From Eledone cirrhosa (lineage: Eukaryota): a DNA stretch of 64,000 nt. Each line of letters begins with the position of its first letter. The first letter of the stretch is position 1. The translations under genes were made by a program, and so were the position numbers. The notes below the pieces were generated by a model. That model was not told the DNA's origin, did not search any database, and saw nothing but the letters and a program-made list of their open reading frames with translations. This document shows, one piece after another, positions 54,892 to 64,000 of this stretch. The stretch is from positions 2,356,001 to 2,420,000 of the forward strand of contig OZ024757.1 of assembly GCA_964016885.1 (NCBI GenBank). The letters run 5' to 3'.

Positions 54892-56943
54892 GTAGAAATT
54901 GAGTAGTACCAGAACTGATACAGAATTAAAGGGGTTTAGCACGTCTGCTATAAGTTGTTAGTAAAACGTATTCGTCCAACTCTATCGTAAGATTACAGGG
55001 GTGGGGGAACTGATGCTACAGAGGCTCGATGGGCTGCATCGGGGTAGGCGAAGGGGAAAAGCAGACGAGGAAGAAAATAGGGGGTGGAAGGAAGTGAAAG
55101 GATGAGACAGAGGGGAAGAAGAGGACAAAGAGGAAAATAAAATAAAATAAATACATCTACCTAAGTAAGATGGGGTTTCCCCTAACTTATTCGGCAAGTA
55201 GGGGGTATCAGCCCTTGTCTACCCACCCGCATCGTTATGGGGTTTGAGGGCGAGGTAAGTCCTACGCAATCTGTGTTTGTATGCGGTTACTAGTTCCTCT
55301 TTCTTGTTTAGGAGTTGGTCCTTCGAAAACAGCATTTGTAATGTTTCCTCCGTGCATAAGTTACACGGACGGTGTCCTCCCGTGTAAGAGTAGCTTTGGA
55401 CAGTAAGATTGTAGGTTATATTATTATCTTGAAGTTCCCAGATGTGGCCCGAAAGTGTAGTGGCATGTCGGCAGACCGGGTTTCGGAAAGTATGTCGGTG
55501 TTGGTAGAGCCGGGACTTGAAGTCACACGCGGTTAATCCTATATAAGCTTTGTTGGAGGTGTCCGTCCTCACGTTGCACTGGTAGATCACGTTACGTTCT
55601 CGGCATTTGTTGTTGAGGGGGCACGTAGATCTATCAGGGCAGTTACACCTCCTGGTCGGCTCTCCACTGATGTATAGGTTATTTCTTCCATAGGGGTTGA
55701 GTTTTTTCATGTTTGAGGAGACGATGTTTTGTGCGAAGTTAGGTGTGGTGCTGTAGGAGAGTTTGATGGTGTTTTTGTTGATTATGTTGTGGTAGCGGTG
55801 TTGTAGTGGGAAGTGTTTTTCGAGGAGTCTAAAGAAGATTTTCCCGATAGGTGTTGCCACCTCGGCATTATGGGGAGGATTGAACTACGTTTCGTTGCGT
55901 GAGCGGCGGTGTCGCCTGCTGGATCCGCTAAGGGAAGCTGGATAAAAGGATATTTCCGCCCGGAAGCCACTCCGCTTGAGGGCCTGGTTGTAATGAGGCG
56001 CGTGTTCGTCGAAAATCTGCTCATTAGCGGACAAACGAGATATGCGGAGGGAGAAGTTTTTAACCAGGTTATTGGTGATGTTTCTAGGATGATTAGAGCG
56101 GCCGGTTGTCGTTTGGTTTCCTGTATGGGTAGTACAAATCATTTTCGAGGTTAAGGGTAACGTCCAGGAAATTGACTCCGGTTAGGGACGTTTGTAGGGT
56201 GATTTTAAATCCCCAGTCCCGGAAGAAGTTGATTAGTTGTTTACGGACCCGGTCTGTACTGCTGGGGTTGTACCCTTTGAGGGTGAGGAGCCCATCATCC
56301 CGGTACAATCCACCGCCGAATGCAGGAAACATTTCGGTGAGTTTAAATAGTAGGAATAATCCTATAAGATCTGTGACCTCGGCCGAATCCGTCGCGCCCA
56401 TACTGACGTCAAAGGAGGAGTCGGGAGCTTTCTTTATCCACTTAGAGTTGTCGAAAAGTAGGACTGTCTTCCTGTAATCTTAAGATAGAGTTGGCCGAAT
56501 ACGTTTTACTAACTACTTATAGCAGACGTGTTAAACCCCTTTAATTGTGTATCAGTTCTGGTACTATTCAATTTCTACAAGTTTTTCTATTCTCAACTTA
56601 TTAACCTCTAATTGTAAGATAGCATTGCGATTTTTTTATTCATTTCTCACTATCTAATTTTATATAGTTTTTTTTTATTTATTTCTATTATCTTTTATTA
56701 TCTCCTACTCTCATTCGATTTACCTATTCTATAACCTCCCTCCACCACTTCATACACTATCCATCCTCAGAATCTGCTGTATACATATCACTTTTAACGC
56801 TTGACCGCTCCACTCACTCCCCTATTGTTCTACAGGCAAATTCAGCCACCCCTACCTCCCACCAAATGCCATGATAGACTTATTTGTGTTTACAACACAT
56901 TTTAACCAATCCTCTTGACAACTACAATCTTCCCATATAAGGA

Positions 56944-57046
56944 AGGACCCCCTTGAAAAGTTCGGTTATTTATTCACCAGGCTAAAAATACTAATTTAGT
57001 CCAGAAATAGCCGTCGAAACGACTTGAGCTCTGCCGTCGGGGTCCT
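56944..57046 (+). ncRNA. U3:A8-variant hammerhead, second copy (stem III partly decayed)
   Basis: aggaccccc-TTGAAAA-gttcggttattt..aaatagccgtc-GAAA-cgact..tgccg-TC-ggggtcct. Confidence 0.6.
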
Positions 57047-57131
57047 ACTTTTTCCTATTACACACTCTACTACCCTAAGTATTGAGTACTCTGGTGCGTT
57101 ATGGTCCATCTGGTTCCTTACCACATTTCCT

Positions 57132-57187
<56 letters not shown>

Positions 57188-57449
57188 AACACACCCATAT
57201 ATTCCTGGAACATTGGAACATTATCGCTGACTAACCGCCTGTCTCCTCCTCCTCCACAGTCCACTACAACCCTGCCACTTAGCGGTAATCAACAGTAAAC
57301 TCCTATATCAGACACCTCTTTCACGTGCCTTATCAACTTCCGTTTCGACTCCAGTTTAATCACTTCCTGTTACCAAAATCAACATCTTATTAACAATATT
57401 GAGATGGTAACACTCTTAGTTCTCTATATAGCCCTCCCTCTCTTTAGGT

Positions 57450-57786
57450 CTGGGTGTCTGTGTACATGTCTGTATGTGTACCTGTATTTGAGTGTGTGTA
57501 CGTGTGTGTGTGTGTGTGTACGTGTTTGTGTGTGTGTACGTGTGTACGTGTGTGTGTATGTGTGCACGTGTCTCTGTATGTGTGTACGTGTTTGTGTTAT
57601 TGAGTTTAGATCAGTGAGTGCGTGTGTTTATATATGTATATTTATATATGTATGTATACATATACATATGCATATATGTATGTGTGTATATATATATATA
57701 TGTGTGTGTATATATATATATATATGTATGTGTGTATATGTGTGTATATATGTGTATATATATGTGTGTATATATATATGTGTGCA

Positions 57787-57829
<43 letters not shown>

Positions 57830-58145
57830 ATATTTGTATGTTTGTATAAATGTATGTATGTATATATATATATATATGTGTATATGCGCGTATATATGTG
57901 TATATATGTGTAAATATATGTGTGTGTATAAATATATGCATATATATATGTGTATATATATGTGTGTGTGTATGTATGTATATATATATATATATATACG
58001 CGTGTATATATATATGTGTATATATGTGTATATATATGTGTATATATGTGTATATATATGTGTATATATGTATATATATATATGTGTATATATGTATATA
58101 TATATACGTGTGTATATATATATATATATGTATGTGTATATAGTG
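57450..58145. repeat. Mixed (TG)n/(TA)n microsatellite
   Basis: Direct reading. Confidence 0.95.
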
Positions 58146-58226
58146 TAATGTACCAGTGGGGAATGTTTCTTGTCCCGCCCCCGGATCAGACTGCGATAAA
58201 CTCTCTAACACAGGACGATAACCCCT

Positions 58227-59457
58227 ACACACACTGACATACACTGATATACACTGATATACACACACACACATACACACACTAACATACACACACTGAC
58301 ATACATACACACACACTGACATACAAACACACACTGACATACACACACACTGACATACACACACTGACATACACACACACACACTGACATACACACATAC
58401 ACTGACATACTCACACACACACTGACACGCACACACTAACATACACACACACATACACTGACATACATACACACACTGACATACACACACACTCACTGAC
58501 ACACACACTGACATACACACACACACTGACATGCACACACACTGACATACACATACACACAGACATACACACACACACACACTGACACACACACACTGAC
58601 ATACACACACACACTGACATGCACACACACTGACATACACATACACACAGACATACACACACACACTGACATACACACACTAACATACACACACACACAC
58701 ACACTGACATACATACACACACTGACATACACACACACTGACACACACACACTGACATACACACACACTGACACACACACACTGACATACACACACACAC
58801 ACTGACATACACACACACACACTAACATACACACACACACACACTGACATACATACACACACTGACATACACACACACTCACTGACACACACACTGACAT
58901 ACACACACACACTGACATGCACACACACTGACATACACATACACACACTGACATACGCACACACACACTGACACGCACACACTGACATACACACACACAC
59001 TGACATACACACACACACAGACATACACACACACACACTGACACACACGCACTGACATACACACACACACACTGACATACACACACACACTGACATACAC
59101 ACACACACACTGATATACACACATACTGACATACACACACACACTGACATACACACACACACACTGACATACGCACACACACACTGACATACACACACTG
59201 ACATACACACACACACACTGACATACACACACACACTGACATACACACACACACACACTGATATACACACATACTGACATACACACACCCACACTGACAT
59301 ACGCACACACACACTGACATACACACACTGACATACACACACACACACTGACATACACACACACACATTGACATACACACACTGACACACACACACACAC
59401 ACTGACATACACACACACACACACACTGACATACACACACACACACTGACACACACA
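58227..59457. repeat. (CA)n-derived minisatellite punctuated by CTGACATA
   Basis: Repeated ctgacata(ca)n units of variable length. Confidence 0.95.
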
Positions 59458-59589
59458 AAACTACAGAGACAAACATACATACACACAAACACACAAACAT
59501 ACTGACACACAGATACACATAAACGCACACATACACAGGCACACACATAGACATAGAGACCCTCACACACACATAGACCGCCCCCACAT

Positions 59590-60016
59590 ATAACCCCTAA
59601 TTCCCGCCCCCCACTATTCCCCCACCCTACCTCCCGTTTATTATATTTCCTAATCTATCTCCGGCAAAGTTTTATTTTAAGTAGTAGCATCCCTGCGACA
59701 ATTCATTTTCTTTAGACATTAAAAACATTCTACATGACAACAAAGTACATTACTAGAAATCCCAAATGTTATAAAATAAACAGGATGGGTTGGGGTCTCA
59801 ATATGTAAACTAAACGACTAATTCTGGTTTTTAAAAATCAAGGGAGACAACCTAGAAATATTACTGATTCCCTCCCACACCTTGCTTATCCAACACACCC
59901 TCACCCCTATTATTTGGGGCCGGAGAGTACATGAAATTGTGTGACGGGTCATAACACTATACAACCTAGAAATATTACCAATTCCCCTCCCCCTATTGTT
60001 TGGGACCCTAGAGTAC
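59590..60016 (-). mobile_element. MITE-like repeat, copy 2, with a duplicated terminus
   Basis: Inverted homologue of 29800-30386; the terminus cccctatt.tttgggR..agagtac occurs twice (ending 59930 and 60016). Confidence 0.6.
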
Positions 60017-60226
60017 ACATGTGACATCCGAACGAGTATCCTCCACCTCCAACTAAATTACCCTCCACCTTTGGTCCCGTCAGTCGACAGGATGGAGAAG
60101 ACATTGTTCCCATAAGACGGCGGAGGAGACGTGTTGGAACAGTGACCCCACCCAATACCTGGGTGCAGGATGTTACCTAAGTAACAGAGATTATCAACTC
60201 TATGGTACGTACACGTATACATATAT

Positions 60227-60325
60227 AATTGTTCCTACTTTTGGCACAAGGCCAGCAATTATCCCTGTGTATTACTGGTACTTTATTTTATCGACCCCGT
60301 AAGGATGAAAGGCAAAGTTAACCTC
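60227..60325 (-). mobile_element. 5'-truncated tRNA-derived SINE
   Basis: The 3' half of the 33037-33222 element. Confidence 0.82.
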
Positions 60326-60341
60326 ATGTATATATATAAGA

Positions 60342-60868
60342 TGGCTGCAAACTCTGCTAAGAGTATTGCAATCACTTGTCACATTATAGAGTTTGGTGCA
60401 CTTTTAGGCTACGGCCAGCCACACAAACATGTAACATATCCTGAACAAGCAATGCCTGTGATTTGAAGGTTTTTTAAGTGGGGAAAGGCCCTACATTCGA
60501 CCAATCCCACTCTCTGAACATCGAAAACACTACCCGAAAAGGTGAACAGGTCAACATCATCGGATGCTTCGAAGCCGCAGGCTTTTTATTTCAGAGTTTC
60601 CCTCTCTTAGAAAGGTGTTGTGACAACAACTGGGGGCCTTTCACTCCCAAGTGGAAAAAAGAAAAAGGACTATTAGGATGGCCATTGATTCTGTTGAGTC
60701 CCCCCGCCCTTTGCCGGGTGTTGTATTTCATCCTGCAGGGTGTCCAAATATCACCTTCCCCTCTTCACCAAGCTTTGTGGGGTTGCAGGTTTAGTCGCGG
60801 ACGACTCGACCATGAGACAGTTTGTACTGGGTTATATGTTACCAGTAGCACTCGAGAGCGACCTGACA
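60342..60868 (+). mobile_element. Dispersed ~600-bp repeat, second copy
   Basis: Colinear with 40156-40762. Confidence 0.7.
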
Positions 60869-60880
60869 TATATATATATA

Positions 60881-61530
60881 CTAACAGTGGTACCCGGCGT
60901 TGCACGGGATAAGGTATTTTGGAACGCCAATAGACCTAATCGTGGAAAAACTGCATGCTTGGACAATATGTAAAGAAAATAAACCAAATACTCTGATGGT
61001 TGGATAATCTTTAAGATTTTCCTCGATGAAGCAGGAAAAATGCAGGTTTTCACCTAATGCGGGCCTTAGGGGATCAAGAAAATGAATTTTTTTTATGTGC
61101 ATAATATTTATGTGCACATTTTTTATATGCTTTGAAATTTCGGGAAAATCGGCTAGACGTAACGCCTCAAAAGAGCCCTAAAAAGCTGAAAAAATGAAGT
61201 TTTTCACCTAATGCGGGCCCTAGGCCATAAAAAGTTGGATTTTCTTTGCTTACAGTATGAAGAAGAGACTGACTAATACATAGTTACAATTTCAAGGAAA
61301 TCGGTCTGACGTAAAGCCTAAAAAACCCCATAAAAAGCTGAAAAAAAACAGTTTTTCATCTAATGGGGATCATCTAGGGGATCAAAAAGTTGAATTTTTA
61401 TGTGCATAACACTCCCCGAAACATAAGTAATACATATGTAAAGTTTGAAAAACGTCGGTTGGGTACTTCTCGAGTTTTAGGGATTCAAACTCACAGACAC
61501 ACAGAGAAATTATCAGGAATATATATATAT
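60881..61530 (-). mobile_element. Non-autonomous Helitron-like element with three internal ~150-bp repeats
   Basis: The minus strand ends cccgtgcaacgccggg-taccactg-TTAG|T; a gttttYcaYctaatg..ggatcaa-like motif recurs at about 61046, 61199 and 61351. Confidence 0.6.
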
Positions 61531-61559
61531 TTGGCTCCATCGGTTGAGCACTCTATTGA

Positions 61560-63652
61560 CTTATATTCATCATGCAGAAACAACATCTGAATATTTCTAC
61601 AAAGAACATACCCGTACCAAGCAGGAAAACATACCTAAAACTCCTGATACAGAAAACAGACGCGTTCATTAAAAGGTTGCGTTGGCGTGCCTTTTATTTC
61701 GATAATCAGGGAAAAAGAGACAACAAACAGGATAAATTTGGGTTTAAAACCTATAATAACCCTTCGAGTAACCCAATATTGCTACCCTTCGAAAATGATG
61801 TCTTGGAACTCATACGGAGTATCAAATTTCGGAATAGAAGCAATTCCGTCCAGCAGGACCTGAAGAATAGAATTCGTTCTATTAAGGATTCTAATGCCGT
61901 GCACGTCCACTCCAACAAAACTGGCAATCTATATCAAGTGGAGCGCTGTACTTACCATCAACTGCTACATAATGCGGTAACTAAGGATTACCGTAAAACT
62001 AATTGGAGCGTCATTAATGAAATCAACGATGCTGGGTTTAAAATCACCTCTGATCTCAACATCCTGGACCAGACTGAACCTCTAGCCCCTATTCCTCCCC
62101 ACTTTACCCTGAAGGATCACAAATCCAATTTCCCTGAACAACCCCTCTATTCGGCTTATTAACCCTACGAAGTCCGATTTAGGTAGACTTAGTAAAAGGA
62201 TTTTAGATAGAATTATACCTGAAATTAGAAGTTTGGCCCCTCTTGCACTGTGGAACAATTCTTTCGCGGTGATTGATTGGTCAACGGCATATGCAACAAG
62301 GAACATTGCCGTTTTATCCAATTCGACATCAATAATTACTACTCCTCCATCACTTTACCACTTCTTAGAGCTACCAATTTCGCTAAAACACTCACGGTGG
62401 TTAAGGATTTAGAAGTTGATGTCATCCTCAATGCCTGTAAGTCGGTGATTAATTTCGACGACTCTATTTGGATTAAAAAATCTAATAGTACCTCATTCGA
62501 TGTGAGTATGGGCGCCAGCGATTCTGTGGAGGTTACTGATCTTATAGGCCTTTTCCTTCTCTTCTCTATCAAGGAAGAATTCCCCAACGTGGGCGGTGGT
62601 TTGTACCGTGATGACGGTCTTTTGACCATGACAAAGTGCGGCCCACGTACTTACGACAGGTTCAGAAAAGAACTCACAGCCTTCTTTAAAGGCTTCAACC
62701 TCTCCATACAGGTTGAGGCCAACCTCTCGGTCGTTAATTACCTCGACGTTACCCTCAATTTGTCGAATGGCTTGCACTACCCGCATAGAAAGCTGAATGA
62801 TACGCTTAATCACATAAGTAAGTATTCTAGCCATTCTGCCAGCACAACCAAGAACCTGGTAAGAAACGTTTCTTTGAGGCTTTCCCGTCTATCTACAAAC
62901 GAGCATACAATGAAGTTCTTGCTCGGAGTGGATTTGTCGATATGGTAGCATATACAGAGTACGAGAATAGACCTAGGAAAAATAGATCCCGATGCATTAC
63001 ATGATATAACCCACCATATAATATGGAGGTGGCCACACCATTAGCTGAGATCTTTCTCTCCCTTATTCCCCCAGCACATAAATATAGTAAAAAGTTTAAT
63101 AGAAATACCATTAAAATTTCTTATTCTACGACTTGCACATAACATCATAGCTTCAAATGTAGCTAAATTACCTAGCCGTAAGAACACGTGCAACCCTGTA
63201 GCTAGTATTAACTGTAATTCTAGTAATCTGGTTGACTGCCCCCTATCCGGGAAATGCCTCTCTAGTAACATTGTCTACAAATGTAAGGTTGAAACACCCA
63301 CGTCCCGTAGGGCCTACTAGAGTTAACCGCCAATAGATTCAAGCAGCGTCTTTACATGCATACCCATTCTTTTCTTAACCCTTTAAGAAGGAATATGACG
63401 TCACTTTCAGCTTATATCTGGAGTCTAAAGGACAACCACACCCAATATAAGTTACACTGGGAGATCCTAGCTAAGGCTAGATCGTATAACGGAAATAAAA
63501 TACCATGTGACCTCTGCGCTGCTGAGGCCCTGGAAATACTCTACGCCAAAGACCACATCTTAAACAAAAAATCTGAGGCAATTTCGGCTTGTAAACATAA
63601 ATTGCACAAAACTTTCCTGTATTACAGCCCCACATTATACCCTAACGGATAG
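61560..63652 (+). pseudogene. Near full-length PLE ORF (YRDDGL-type RT plus C-terminal GIY-YIG) with multiple frameshifts and stops
   Basis: STKNIPVPS..FIKRLRWRAFYF, FTLKDHKSNF, RLINPTKSDLG, FIQFDINNYYSSI, MGASDSVEVTDLIG, GLYRDDGL, NIVYKCKV, FKQRLYMHTHSF, CDLCAAE. Confidence 0.9.
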
Positions 63653-64000
63653 TACGAACTATACGCGGATATTTTACGTCTTGATGTGGTAGCTAAGTAT
63701 ATGTTATGTTTATACCATGGGTTCTGCATGTGCGTGCGTGTTTTTTGTGTGTACATGCTTGTATTTGAATACCCATGACGAGTGTTTTCGCGTATGCTTG
63801 TGTATGTACGTATATGGATGCGTGTATGTATATATTTAGTTTCAATTACCTCTGTATTTTATTTACTTTATTCTTAACTCTGAAGCCGAGAATCATTCGG
63901 TTTATAAATAGAATTTTAGTATACGACTTCAGTTATACCATTTACGTGGTTTTGTCTTTGAGTGTAATTGTTCTCCACGCTCCACATATGACGTATTATC

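Larger units (their letters stand above)
53926..57134 (-). mobile_element. 5'-truncated, frameshifted PLE (YRDDGL-type) with inverted terminal pLTRs; coding remnant 55219-56470
   Basis: MGATDSAEVTDLIG, GGLYRDDGL, NFLDVTLNL, GIY-YIG NVIYQC..YIGLT. 56471-56581 is inverted to 54889-54997, and the ends cgaaggaaatgtgg / ccacatttccttcg are inverted. Confidence 0.88.

Overview
Eukaryotic, gene-free, repeat-dominated DNA. The SINE and microsatellite content suggests an octopod cephalopod, which is an inference from recalled repeat families. Bases 1-28150 are about 284 tandem copies of a 99-bp satellite with nested higher-order duplications. Read in one frame, the monomer is 33 codons of an RTE-clade LINE ORF C-terminus (ESLQVELLLL*IDRSQL*YYGHVVRMSQERITG), and the last monomer runs in frame into the unamplified rest of that LINE (QILQAKPTDRRPRTRPRTRCLDNI). 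The satellite therefore appears to have been born in place from a dead LINE. Bases 28.2-64 kb are a (TA)n/(CA)n-rich retroelement graveyard. It holds several Penelope-like element (PLE) families (RT plus C-terminal GIY-YIG) with inverted pseudo-LTRs, ORF-less fold-back derivatives, and about 14 hammerhead ribozyme (HHR) motifs, including a U3:A8 core variant. It also holds RTE and R4/Dong LINE fragments, tRNA-derived SINEs, two non-autonomous Helitrons and a MITE-like repeat. No host protein-coding gene, tRNA/rRNA gene or CRISPR array was recognised. All family assignments come from manual motif reading, not database searches.
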